DNA from: an uncultured bacterium
GTDB lineage: Bacteria; Verrucomicrobiota; Verrucomicrobiia; Limisphaerales; UBA11358
Length of the DNA: 64,000 nucleotides
Reading direction: 5' to 3'
Assembly: GCA_963723125.1 (NCBI GenBank)
Contig: CAVRPQ010000005.1
Span: 174,717 to 238,716, forward strand
Part shown: one piece after another, positions 45,962 through 55,553 of the stretch
Layout of the letters: the number at the start of each line of letters is the position of its first letter
Position numbering within the stretch: the first letter of the stretch is position 1
Notes under the pieces: model-generated
Told to the model about the DNA's origin: nothing
The model's input: only the letters and a program-made list of their open reading frames with translations
Database searches by the model: none
Translations under genes and position numbers: made by a program

Positions 45962-46350
45962 TGATTGAACTTCACATTCTGGCAGGAAAAAAGGCGGGCA
46001 GCCAATCGGTTGTCCGCCGTTTTCCTTTTCACATCGGTCGGGCCAGCGGGAACGACCTGCAATTGAATGATGATGGCATGTGGGACCAACATTTGACCTT
46101 GGAATTTCACCGGCGGGAAGGTTTCAAACTCGCCGCCGCGCAGAACGCCCTGGTCATGATCAATAATCAACCGGTCCAGGCCGCGCTGCTCCGCAACGGT
46201 GATACCATTACCATCGGCTCCGCCAAACTGCAATTTTGGCTTGCGGCCGCCCGCCAGCGCGGCTTGTGGTTGCGGGAAAGATTCGTTTGGGTGCTCCTGG
46301 CAGCGGTCGTCCTTTGCCAATTCGTTCTGATCTACCGGCTGATTCGTTAA
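45961..46350 (+). CDS. FHA domain protein with C-terminal TM helix
   Basis: IGR, H, N and [13 protein letters not shown] motifs. Start overlaps the wza stop. Confidence 0.75.
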   Translation: MIELHILAGKKAGSQSVVRRFPFHIGRASGNDLQLNDDGMWDQHLTLEFHRREGFKLAAAQNALVMINNQPVQAALLRNGDTITIGSAKLQFWLAAARQRGLWLRERFVWVLLAAVVLCQFVLIYRLIR

Positions 46351-47900
46351 TGCCGGAAATGCCGCGTGCCGGTGAATGCCATTGCCACCTTTCGTTCATC
46401 CGCCGCCGCAATGACTTCTGCATCACGCACCGAACCGCCCGGTTGAATCGCCGCCGTCGCACCTGCCTCTGTCGCGGCAATCAAACCGTCGGGAAACGGG
46501 AAAAAAGCGTCGCTGCAAACCACGCTGCCTTTGAGCGAAAGTTTCGCCTCACCCGCCTTCCAGACGGCAATCCGGCTCGCGTCCACGCGGCTCATCTGGC
46601 CGGCGCCGATGCCCAGCGTTCGATCCGCCGCCACATAAACAATTGCGTTCGACTTCACGTGCTTGACGACGCGCCAGCCAAACAGCATCGCGCTCAACTC
46701 CGCCTCGCTGGGCTGGCGCCGTGTGACAATTTTCAAGTCTGCCGCCGCCGTCTTCTTCAAATCACGTTCTTGCAATAAATAAGAACCCGCACCAACGCTG
46801 CGGACGTCCCAGGATTGCGCATTTAGCGGCGATTCCAACGACTTAAGCAGTCGCAAATTTTTCTTTTTTTGCAGAATCGCCAGCGCTTCCGCCGAAAAAT
46901 CCGGCGCGATGATGACCTCGCTGAAAATCTCCGCGATGGCATCCGCACAGGCGCCATCCAGCGTGCGGTTCACGGCGATGATGCCGCCGAAGGGCGCCTG
47001 CTGGTCGGTCGCAAACGCCTTCTCCCACGCCTCGCGCAAGCTCGGACCTTGACCGACCCCGCACGGGTTCATGTGCTTGAGAATCGCCAGCGTCGGCGGC
47101 TCGCCTGCAAATTCGGTGATTAAATTTGCCGCCGCCATCGCATCCAGAATGTTGTTGTAGGAAAGTTCCTTGCCGTGAAGCTGCTGGAAAAATTCGCGGA
47201 ATCTGCCGTACAGCGCCGCTTTTTGGTGCGGATTTTCACCATACCGCAGCGGTTGTGCCAGCGGCGCGGTAATGGAAAGTGACGCCGGAAAACCGGAATT
47301 CTGTGCCGTTACGAATTCCTTCTGCAAATATGCTGCAATCGCCGCGTCGTAAGCGGCCGTTCGCGCAAAAACTTTGGCCGCCAGTTTGCGGCGGAGCTCG
47401 AGCGTCGTGTTGCCGTTTGTCTGAATCTGGCCGGCGACTTCCGCGTAATCCAGTGGGTCCACCACCACCGTCACGCTTTCGTGGTTTTTGGCCGCGCTCC
47501 GGAGCATGGATGGTCCGCCGATGTCAATGTTCTCAATCGCATCGTGCAACGACACATCCGGCCTGGCGACGGTTTCCTCGAACGGATAAAGGTTCACCAC
47601 CACAAGATCTATCGGCTGAATGTTATGCTCCTGCACGGCGGCCTCGTGCTTTGCGTTGCCGCGGATGAAAAGCAGTCCGCCGTGAACTTTTGGGTGTAAC
47701 GTTTTGACGCGACCATCGAGCATTTCAGGAAACCCGGTGTGTTCGCTGATATCTTTCACTGCCAATCCGGCTTCGCGCAACGCCTTGGCGGTACCGCCGG
47801 TGGAAATCAGCTCGACACCTGCCGCCGTGAGAGCTTGTGCGAACGGAACCAGACCGGTTTTGTCGGAGACGGAAAGCAGTGCCCTTTGAATTTTTGCCAT
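46347..47900 (-). CDS. purH: Bifunctional AICAR formyltransferase / IMP cyclohydrolase
   Basis: [46 protein letters not shown] and RHFRH motifs. Confidence 0.97.
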   Translation of the reverse strand: MAKIQRALLSVSDKTGLVPFAQALTAAGVELISTGGTAKALREAGLAVKDISEHTGFPEMLDGRVKTLHPKVHGGLLFIRGNAKHEAAVQEHNIQPIDLVVVNLYPFEETVARPDVSLHDAIENIDIGGPSMLRSAAKNHESVTVVVDPLDYAEVAGQIQTNGNTTLELRRKLAAKVFARTAAYDAAIAAYLQKEFVTAQNSGFPASLSITAPLAQPLRYGENPHQKAALYGRFREFFQQLHGKELSYNNILDAMAAANLITEFAGEPPTLAILKHMNPCGVGQGPSLREAWEKAFATDQQAPFGGIIAVNRTLDGACADAIAEIFSEVIIAPDFSAEALAILQKKKNLRLLKSLESPLNAQSWDVRSVGAGSYLLQERDLKKTAAADLKIVTRRQPSEAELSAMLFGWRVVKHVKSNAIVYVAADRTLGIGAGQMSRVDASRIAVWKAGEAKLSLKGSVVCSDAFFPFPDGLIAATEAGATAAIQPGGSVRDAEVIAAADERKVAMAFTGTRHFRH

Positions 47901-47946
47901 AGCCCCGTAAAAATCCCCCAAAGCCGCCAATGCCGTCAATGGTAAA

Positions 47947-49332
47947 TCAGGATTTTGGATTCTGCGTTTGCACCATGTCCGCGCCAGTCGCGCGTTCGAG
48001 TCGGGCGCGGGCGGCGTCGTAATCGTGCAATGCCTGAATTTCCGTCGTGCGCGCCTGCGTCAGCGAAGTCTGGGCGTCGAGCACGTCCAGTTGCGTGCCG
48101 GTGCCCGCGGTGGCGCGCGCCTCGGCTTCGCGCAGGGCTTCCTCTGCTTCCGCCTGGACGGTCTTTTGCGAATCCAGCACCTCGCGGGATTCGATGAATT
48201 GGGAATACGCCGTGCGCACCTCCAGTTCGATTTGGCGTCCCATGTCCTCCACGTCCGTCTTGGATTTCTCGTAAAGTGCCCGGGCCTGTACCACCTTGCC
48301 GCGCGTCAGCATCCCGTCGAAAATGTCCCAACTCAATTGCGCCCCGGCGTTCCAGCCGTGGATGTCGTGATCGAGGTCAACCGGCGGCGTGTATTGCGCA
48401 TTGTACCAACCATAGCCGGCAAAAACCTGAACCGTCGGTTTGTAACCCGACCTGGCGCTGACAACGTTTTCACGCTGCAAAGCTTCCGCTTTGCGCAGGG
48501 CGGCGAGTTCGGTGCGGTTCACCAGCGCCTGCTCGATGGCTTGCGGCAAATCAATCTGATATGGCTCGGCTTCGAGCTTGCCGGACAGGTTCAGCGGAAT
48601 GTCCTCCCAAATATCGCGCGGCAGATTGTAGCCGAGCAGGTTGGCCAGGTTGTTTTTGGCGATGCGGTAGTTGTTCCGCGCCTGGATCAAAGCCGGACGT
48701 TCGTTGGCCACGGCCACCTCGGCGCGAAGGACGTTGAAATGCGGCACGGTACCGGCATTGTACCGGCTCTGCTGGTCCTGGAGATCTTTTGACAGCAGCT
48801 CGACCGACGCCTCCTGTACGACGATTTGTTGCGCGGCCAGCAGAACATCGTAGTAGGCAACTCGCGTGTTCAACAGCGTATCCTGGACCACGGTTTGATA
48901 TTGCAACAAAGACTGCTCCTTCGTGAGCCGGGCGGCGCGGAGGGCCGCGAGCATTTTCCCGCCTTCATAAATGGACTGTACGATCTGAATGCCGGTGTTC
49001 CAGTTTTGGTCGGGCAATACCAGCGGCGGGAACCCGGGCACCTGAAGATTTTCCAGTTCGCTGCGTTCGGTGTCCTTGTATTGGCCGGTGGCCTGCACGT
49101 GAGGCAGAGCCACGGCGCGGGTTTGGATCACAATGCCATAGTTCGCCTGCAAATCGCTTTTGGCCTTGAGAATCGTGGCGTTTTGGCTCAACGCCAGATT
49201 CACGCAATCCACGAGCGACAGCGGTTGAGTGATCCAGGCGGGCGCGTTGGTGGCGGTGCTTTGCGCCGGCGCCTTCGAACCGGCGATGAAACAGGCAAGC
49301 ATTAACAGAAAAATGAGTCTGGTCGTTTTCAT
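47947..49332 (-). CDS. TolC family outer-membrane efflux protein
   Basis: Signal peptide, two OEP repeats, LSWDIFDG and [12 protein letters not shown] motifs. Confidence 0.88.
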   Translation of the reverse strand: MKTTRLIFLLMLACFIAGSKAPAQSTATNAPAWITQPLSLVDCVNLALSQNATILKAKSDLQANYGIVIQTRAVALPHVQATGQYKDTERSELENLQVPGFPPLVLPDQNWNTGIQIVQSIYEGGKMLAALRAARLTKEQSLLQYQTVVQDTLLNTRVAYYDVLLAAQQIVVQEASVELLSKDLQDQQSRYNAGTVPHFNVLRAEVAVANERPALIQARNNYRIAKNNLANLLGYNLPRDIWEDIPLNLSGKLEAEPYQIDLPQAIEQALVNRTELAALRKAEALQRENVVSARSGYKPTVQVFAGYGWYNAQYTPPVDLDHDIHGWNAGAQLSWDIFDGMLTRGKVVQARALYEKSKTDVEDMGRQIELEVRTAYSQFIESREVLDSQKTVQAEAEEALREAEARATAGTGTQLDVLDAQTSLTQARTTEIQALHDYDAARARLERATGADMVQTQNPKS

Positions 49333-49347
49333 ATTGTTCAAATTCTT

Positions 49348-50076
49348 TCAACGCCGCCGGCGCACAGCCGGGATCGGCCTGGACCTGGGTGTTTCAGGGT
49401 CGGGCAAGTGTTTCATCGCGGCAAGCGAGAAGCGTGCGATGTGCCCGGCCAGTGGCGCCACGGCTGAGGCGTCCAGCCGCTGGTCCGGAAACAGCCGTGT
49501 AATCATCGTCCGGCAATGATGAAAAAAAACACACTGGCTGACGATGCTGAAACAACACAATCGGACTTCTTCGTCATCGGGCGGGCCGCCGAGAATCTCT
49601 GCCACCAAACCGCGGAGCAGATCGGCCATCGGCCGGATCCGCACTTCCAGCAACAGATCCAGCGCCGGGGTCGGCTCCACCATTTCGCGCGACATGATCT
49701 TGCCAAATCGCGTGGTGGTGCCGCTGTCGAAAATACGCAGCAGAAAAGACCGGATAAAGGCGCGCAGCTTTTCCTCTGGCGGCGCGTCCGCCGCCACGCC
49801 CAGCAACGGAGGGTATTTTTCGAATGCTTTTTGCTGCGAATCGCGCAGGACCTCGGCATAAAGCGTTCCCTTGTCGCCGAAATGGTAGTTGACGGCAGCG
49901 ACATTGGCGCCGGCGCGCCGGCAGATTTCGCGCACGGTGGCGTTGCGGAAGCCAGTCTCAGCAAACACCTCACCCGCCGCTTCCAAAAGCCTGCCCCGAA
50001 CGCTTTCGGGGCTGGCGGCGGCGTGTGTTTCATCGTGCGCCTGGGCTTCAGCGCCGGACAATGATTTCAAATTCAT
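49348..50076 (-). CDS. TetR family regulator, CecR/YbiH-like (DUF1956 C-terminus)
   Basis: HTH ATVREICRRAGANVAAVNYHFGDK, plus REMVEPT and FSLAA. Divergent from the hlyD-ABC operon. Confidence 0.85.
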   Translation of the reverse strand: MNLKSLSGAEAQAHDETHAAASPESVRGRLLEAAGEVFAETGFRNATVREICRRAGANVAAVNYHFGDKGTLYAEVLRDSQQKAFEKYPPLLGVAADAPPEEKLRAFIRSFLLRIFDSGTTTRFGKIMSREMVEPTPALDLLLEVRIRPMADLLRGLVAEILGGPPDDEEVRLCCFSIVSQCVFFHHCRTMITRLFPDQRLDASAVAPLAGHIARFSLAAMKHLPDPETPRSRPIPAVRRRR

Positions 50077-50079
50077 GTT

Positions 50080-50132
50080 TCAAACAAATAATTAAAACAT
50101 TTGTTTGACATGTCAAACTTTTTTTGTAAAGT
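50080..50132. promoter_or_regulatory. Putative TetR operator overlapping divergent promoters
   Basis: Perfect inverted repeat TCAAACAAAT-N9-ATTTGTTTGA (50080-50108). The 16-bp palindrome GTTTGACATGTCAAAC (50103-50118) gives TTGACA on both strands. TAAAGT -10-like at 50127-50132. Confidence 0.72.
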
Positions 50133-50159
50133 CGCCGAAAAACGAGATTATTGAGCCCA

Positions 50160-50969
50160 ATGAGGCAAATCAAAATTCTTTGTGGTTTAACGCTGGCCGC
50201 GATGTTCATCGCGGGCTGTTCGCTGAATTCGTCGAACCAGTTTCAAGGTTACGTCGAAGGCGAATACGTTTACGTGGCGTCGCCCCTGAGTGGCACTTTG
50301 CAAAATCTCGCCGTGGCACGCGGTGACCAGGTTGAAACCGGACAATGGCTGTTTCAATTGGAACGTCGTTCCGAGGCCGACGCCGCCCGCCAGGCCAGTA
50401 ATAACCTGGCGCAGGCGAAAGCCAACCTCGCCCTGTCTGAAGCCGAATATGCCCGCCGCGAGCAACTACGGGGCGATCAAGGGGTGATTTCCGCGGAAGA
50501 ACTGGATCAAGCCCGGGCGCAGCGCGACGGCGATCAGGCGCAGGTCGCCGCCCAAACCGCTGCGCTCGCCAAGGCCAACTGGTCGTTTGAACAGAAGGAA
50601 CAGTTTGCGCCGACGAACGCGTTTGTGCAGGACACCTTGTATCGTGTCGGTGAATGGGTGGCGGCGGGCAGTCCGGTGGTCCAGCTTCTGCCGCCCGACA
50701 ATCTCAAGGTGCGCTTCTTCGTGCCGGAGACGGTCCTGCCGAAAATCAAGCCCGGCCAGACCGTCCGCGTGACCTTCGACGGCGGCCAACGTGATTATTC
50801 GGCGACCGTGAATTACATTTCGACGCAGGCCGAGTTCACGCCGCCGGTGCTTTACAGCCAGCAGAACCGCGCCAAACTGGTTTATATGATCGAAGCGAAA
50901 TTTTCTCCGGCGGACGCCGCGAACCTCCGGCCCGGCCAGCCGGTGGATGTGAGGTGGTCGGCTAAATGA
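50160..50969 (+). CDS. HlyD family periplasmic adaptor (YbhG-like lipoprotein)
   Basis: Lipobox IAGC, QGYVEGEY, AEFTPP and LRPGQPVDV motifs. Confidence 0.88.
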   Translation: MRQIKILCGLTLAAMFIAGCSLNSSNQFQGYVEGEYVYVASPLSGTLQNLAVARGDQVETGQWLFQLERRSEADAARQASNNLAQAKANLALSEAEYARREQLRGDQGVISAEELDQARAQRDGDQAQVAAQTAALAKANWSFEQKEQFAPTNAFVQDTLYRVGEWVAAGSPVVQLLPPDNLKVRFFVPETVLPKIKPGQTVRVTFDGGQRDYSATVNYISTQAEFTPPVLYSQQNRAKLVYMIEAKFSPADAANLRPGQPVDVRWSAK

Positions 50970-51061
50970 GTACCTGGTTAATCGAGTTAAATGAGTGAGC
51001 CATGGTCCGCAACCGATTTAACCAGTTACTTTTTTAACCATTTAACGCCAGCGATGTCAAA

Positions 51062-51988
51062 ATGAACTCTTCCGACCTTGTTATTGACGTCCAGGGTATC
51101 ACGAAGCGGTTCGGCGACCGCACGGTCGTGAACAACATCCCCATGCAGGTGCGGCGCGGCGAGATTTACGGCTTCCTCGGCCCGAATGGCAGCGGTAAGA
51201 CAACCTTTTTACGGATGCTCTGCGGCCTGCTCACGCCGGACGCGGGCAGCGGACGCTGCCTCGGCTTCGATATCCGCAACGAGGCCGGCGAGATCAAGAA
51301 AAACGTCGGTTACATGACGCAGCGATTCAGTTTCTACGAAGACCTGACCATCGAAGAAAACCTGGATTTCATCGCGCAGATTTACGGCGTGCCGCAACGG
51401 AAAGCCGCCGTGGATAAAAGCCTGGAACGGCTTGGTCTGACCGCGCGCCGCCGCCAACTGGCGGGTACTCTTTCCGGTGGCTGGAAACAGCGCCTGGCAC
51501 TTGCCGCCTGCCTGATTCACGAACCGCACTTGCTTCTGCTCGACGAACCGACGGCGGGCGTGGATCCCAGGGCCCGCCGTGATTTCTGGGAGGAAATTCA
51601 CCAACTCGCCGCCGGGGGTCTGACCGTGCTCATCACCACGCATTACATGGACGAAGCCGAACGCTGTCACCGTCTGGCCTATATCGCCTACGGCAATCTA
51701 TTGACGCGCGGCAGCGTTGAGGAAGTCGTGCAAGCCGCCGGATTGACAACCTGGGAAGTCACCGGACCGGATTTGCCGGTACTCGCGGAGAAAATCCGCG
51801 GCCAACCCGGCGTGGAACAGGTTGTTGCGTTCGGCACGACACTCCACGTCAGCGGGCGTGACGCAGAGAAGTTGCGTGCCAGCATCGCGCCGTGGATGAC
51901 CGGCGCCTATCGCTGGCAACAGATTGAATCCGGGCTGGAGGATGTGTTTATCAGCCTGATGGAAACAGCCAGGGACAATTTCTCGTGA
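51062..51988 (+). CDS. ABC-2 exporter ATP-binding protein
   Basis: GPNGSGKT, LSGGWKQR, LDEPTAG and THYMDEAE motifs. Confidence 0.92.
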   Translation: MNSSDLVIDVQGITKRFGDRTVVNNIPMQVRRGEIYGFLGPNGSGKTTFLRMLCGLLTPDAGSGRCLGFDIRNEAGEIKKNVGYMTQRFSFYEDLTIEENLDFIAQIYGVPQRKAAVDKSLERLGLTARRRQLAGTLSGGWKQRLALAACLIHEPHLLLLDEPTAGVDPRARRDFWEEIHQLAAGGLTVLITTHYMDEAERCHRLAYIAYGNLLTRGSVEEVVQAAGLTTWEVTGPDLPVLAEKIRGQPGVEQVVAFGTTLHVSGRDAEKLRASIAPWMTGAYRWQQIESGLEDVFISLMETARDNFS

Positions 51989-52003
51989 ACCTCAAATACC
52001 ACA

Positions 52004-52144
52004 GTAGCAGCCGACGTAAGGAGGCTCATTTTAATTCTCGTGCAGAACGTCAACGCTCATGCCGCGTTTTTTTCCAGGCCGTCCAATTTGCCGCCTGGTT
52101 GACGGCTATTCTCCCTCTCCCGGGGGAGAGGGCCGGGGCGAGGG
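52004..52144. repeat. REP-like remnants inside the efflux operon spacer
   Basis: GTAGCAGCCGACGTAAGGAGGCTC (52004-52027) and CCCTCTCCC-gg-GGGAGAGGG-CCGGGGCGAGGG (52113-52144). Confidence 0.6.
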
Positions 52145-52172
52145 CGGTTGTTTTAAACCATATGATTTCCCC

Positions 52173-53312
52173 ATGAGACTGCACGAGTTCAACTGGCGGC
52201 GGTTCTGGGCGATTGTCGGCAAAGAATTCATTCAGATGCGCCGCGACCGGCTGACCTTCGGCATGATGGTCGGCATTCCCATGCTCCAGCTTGTGTTGTT
52301 CGGTTACGCCATCAATTCCGATCCCAAACATCTGCCCACGGCCGTTTATTCGGCCGACAACAGCGTTTTTTCCAGGACCATCGTGTGGGGTCTGCGCAAC
52401 AGCAGCTATTTCGACGTCGTTCGCGAACCGAGGAACGAGGCTGACATTCAGAAAATGCTCGCCCAGGGCACGGTTCAGTTCGCGGTGGACATTCCGGTGG
52501 ATTTTTCGCGGAAATTATTGCGCGGTGAAAGGCCGGATTTGCTTCTGGAAGCCGACGCGACGGATCCCTCGGCCATTGGTTACGCCGTCGGCGCGGTCAA
52601 TTTGCTCGCCACCACGGTCCTGGACCGCGACCTCACCGGACCGCTGGCCAGATTGCAAGGCGCGCCGCCGCCGTTCAATCTGGTGGTGCATCAACAGTAC
52701 AATCCGGAAAACATCACCCAGTACAACATCGTGCCCGGTCTGATGGGCGTGATGCTGACCATGACGATGATTATCATTACCGCGCTGGCCATCACGCGCG
52801 AACGCGAACGCGGCACCATGGAAAATCTGCTGTCCACGCCGGCCCGGCCCGGCGAAGTAATGATTGGCAAAATCGTCCCTTACATCACCGTCGGTTACAT
52901 CCAGATTTTTTTGATTTTGCTGGCCGCGCGATATTTGTTCAGTGTGCCGATTGTGGGCAGCGTGCCGTTGTTGCTGGTGCTGGCCTTTCTGTTCATTGTG
53001 GCGAACCTCGCCGTCGGCATCACGTTTTCGACCATTGCCAGGAACCAGCTTCAAGCCGTGCAAATGGCGTTCTTTTTCTTCCTGCCTTCGTTGCTGCTGT
53101 CCGGCTATATGTTTCCGTTTCGCGGAATGCCCGGTTGGGCGCAGGACATCGGTGAAGCCCTGCCGCTCACCCATTTCCTGCGCGTCGTGCGTGGAATATT
53201 ATTGAAAGGAAATGGTATGGTGGACGTAGCTCCTGATCTCTGGCCGATTGCTTTGTTCCTGGTGGTGATGCTGACCATTGGCATCAAGCGCTATCGGCAG
53301 ACGTTGGATTGA
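52173..53312 (+). CDS. ABC-2 exporter permease (YbhS/YbhR-like)
   Basis: KEFIQMRRD, YNP, RERERGTMENLL, LLSGYMFP and PLTHF motifs. Confidence 0.9.
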   Translation: MRLHEFNWRRFWAIVGKEFIQMRRDRLTFGMMVGIPMLQLVLFGYAINSDPKHLPTAVYSADNSVFSRTIVWGLRNSSYFDVVREPRNEADIQKMLAQGTVQFAVDIPVDFSRKLLRGERPDLLLEADATDPSAIGYAVGAVNLLATTVLDRDLTGPLARLQGAPPPFNLVVHQQYNPENITQYNIVPGLMGVMLTMTMIIITALAITRERERGTMENLLSTPARPGEVMIGKIVPYITVGYIQIFLILLAARYLFSVPIVGSVPLLLVLAFLFIVANLAVGITFSTIARNQLQAVQMAFFFFLPSLLLSGYMFPFRGMPGWAQDIGEALPLTHFLRVVRGILLKGNGMVDVAPDLWPIALFLVVMLTIGIKRYRQTLD

Positions 53313-53403
53313 ATAATTGACAGTATCACCATAACTTTTTGTTGCTCAGGAGGTTCCTCGCTGAACTTGCAAATTTGCCCCACTTCGGTTCTCCTTAGCC
53401 TGA

Positions 53404-54975
53404 ATGTGGCGACGTAGTTGCCTGATTTTAACGGTGGTGATGGCCCTTACCGGACGAGTTGCGGCTAGTCTCGAATCTGGCGAGGTGAACCTGCCTTATG
53501 TCATCAAGCTCGCCGAGGAGCGGGCACGCCATCCATTCCATTCGCCGCGCGCCGACCTGCCCAAGGTGCTGCGACAGGACAATCTCGATTATGACAAGTA
53601 CCGGCAGATTCGTTTCCGCCGCAGCCAGGCACTGTGGCGGGTGGAAAACCTCCCTTTCCGCATCGAGTTTTTCCATCCGGGTTATCTCTATCAGGAGCCG
53701 GTGCACGTGTATGAATTCACGGCGACCCATTTGCAGCCAATCCGGTTTGTGGAAGATTTCTTTGATTACGGTGGTCTGAACATTGAAAATCAAATTCCGG
53801 CCAACACCGGTTACGCCGGTTTCCGGATTTTATATCAACTGAACGGGACCAACCAATGGGACGAACTTGGCGCGTTTCTCGGCGCGAGTTATTATCGGTT
53901 GCTGGGCGAGGATCAGCGCTATGGCCAGTCGGCGCGCGGACTTGCCTTGGACTGCGGCGAAATGGACCGGCCGGAGGAATTCCCCATTTTCACCGACTGG
54001 TGGCTCGGCAAACCGCAGCCGGACGACAAGGAACTGACGCTTTTTGGCCTGCTGGACAGCGTCAGTTGCACCGGCGCATATCAATTTATCATCCACCCCG
54101 GTGAAACGACCACGGCCGATGTCGAGGCGGTGATCTTCCTCCGCGAACCAAAAGAAATCCTGGAGGCGAACCCGCAAAGGAAACTGCCTGTCAAAACCAT
54201 CGGCCTGGCGCCGTTGACCAGCATGTTCTGGTACGGCAAAAATTCGGAACGCAAATTTGACGACTATCGCCAGGAGGTACACGACGCCGACGGCCTGCTG
54301 GTACGTATGGGCAACGGCGAGACACTCTGGCGGCCGTTGGACAATCCGGCCATCCTGCGGCACCAGGTTTTTTCCGCGCCGAACATCCGCGGTTTTGGCC
54401 TGCTGCAGCGGGAACGTTCCTTTGCGGCGTATCAGGACATGTTTAACCTTTTCCAACAGGAACCCAGCGTGTGGGTCGAACCACGCAGCGATTGGGGCGA
54501 TGGTGATCTGCATCTGGTTGAATTGAGCGCCGACTACGAAGGCCTGGACAACATCGTCGCGTTCTGGGATCCCAAAAACAAACCGGCGCCGATGCAACCC
54601 TACCGTTTTGATTACACCCTCTACTGGGAGAACGGTGACGCGGATATGAAACTTTCGGAAAACCGGGTCGTCAGCACCCGTATCGGTCTCGATTCTGACA
54701 ATGCCAACACCCGCGTTCTGATGATTGATTTTACCGGACCCAAACTGGACGCCATTCCGGAAGACAATCCGCCGCAGGCCATTGCCAGTTGCAGCACCAA
54801 CGCCGCGATTGTGTGGAATCAGGTTTTGCGCAATACTTTCCTCAAGACATGGCGTGTCGTCTTAAAAATGCAGCCGAAACCGGGCAACGCCAATCCCGTG
54901 GATATCCGATGTACGCTGCAACAGGAAACGAATATTCTGAGCGAAACATGGACCTACCAATGGAGTCCGCCCTGA
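53404..54975 (+). CDS. opgG: Osmoregulated periplasmic glucan biosynthesis protein G/D
   Basis: YDKYRQIRF, FLGASYYR, YGQSARGLA, EEFP, PLTSMF, VHDADG, DNIVAFW and SETWTYQW motifs. Confidence 0.92.
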   Translation: MWRRSCLILTVVMALTGRVAASLESGEVNLPYVIKLAEERARHPFHSPRADLPKVLRQDNLDYDKYRQIRFRRSQALWRVENLPFRIEFFHPGYLYQEPVHVYEFTATHLQPIRFVEDFFDYGGLNIENQIPANTGYAGFRILYQLNGTNQWDELGAFLGASYYRLLGEDQRYGQSARGLALDCGEMDRPEEFPIFTDWWLGKPQPDDKELTLFGLLDSVSCTGAYQFIIHPGETTTADVEAVIFLREPKEILEANPQRKLPVKTIGLAPLTSMFWYGKNSERKFDDYRQEVHDADGLLVRMGNGETLWRPLDNPAILRHQVFSAPNIRGFGLLQRERSFAAYQDMFNLFQQEPSVWVEPRSDWGDGDLHLVELSADYEGLDNIVAFWDPKNKPAPMQPYRFDYTLYWENGDADMKLSENRVVSTRIGLDSDNANTRVLMIDFTGPKLDAIPEDNPPQAIASCSTNAAIVWNQVLRNTFLKTWRVVLKMQPKPGNANPVDIRCTLQQETNILSETWTYQWSPP

Positions 54976-55550
54976 CCGGCCCCGGTGCGTTGACCGACGT
55001 CTCCGGCAGACTGGCCGGCCGGCCGTTGGAAGAGTGGAACGCCGCCTACGCCAAGGTGGAAAATTATTTCCACGCCCTGCGTATACGCAACAAGGCATTG
55101 CTGGGCCAGTTGGTGCTGCGCGTGCTCGAACGCGCCATGAAGCGCGCCCCGATCGAATCAGACCACTCCGCCACCCAGATTGCCGCCGAGGAAATGGACC
55201 GTATCGTGACCGAGTGGTTTGCCGAAGTGTTGCACGAACCGCCCACCAACGCCGACCAGATGCTGTCCACACGCGGGCGACTCGCCCTGCTCCTTGCGGA
55301 CATGCCCGGCAAGTGGCAGGATCAATTCCTCCGCCCGCCACCCTGGCCGGAGGAATTCGTCCATTCCATGCGCGAAGCCTACCTGCGCGCCGGACCGGGT
55401 TTTCAACTTTCCAAAATGACGGCGCGCCCGTTTGACCTGGGTCCCCTCACGACCTTGACGAATCTGGGTCGTATCCCTTATTTGAAAATGGCGATGGCTT
55501 GGACCTTGCTCATCCTGTTGCTGATCGCGGTTTTCTATTTCACGCACTGA
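54948..55550 (+). CDS. Hypothetical protein with C-terminal TM helix, between opgG and opgH
   Basis: About 200 aa and predicted helical. Overlaps the opgG end and stops 3 nt before opgH. Start is 54948 or 54960. Confidence 0.7.
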   Translation: MDLPMESALTGPGALTDVSGRLAGRPLEEWNAAYAKVENYFHALRIRNKALLGQLVLRVLERAMKRAPIESDHSATQIAAEEMDRIVTEWFAEVLHEPPTNADQMLSTRGRLALLLADMPGKWQDQFLRPPPWPEEFVHSMREAYLRAGPGFQLSKMTARPFDLGPLTTLTNLGRIPYLKMAMAWTLLILLLIAVFYFTH

Positions 55551-55553
55551 ACC

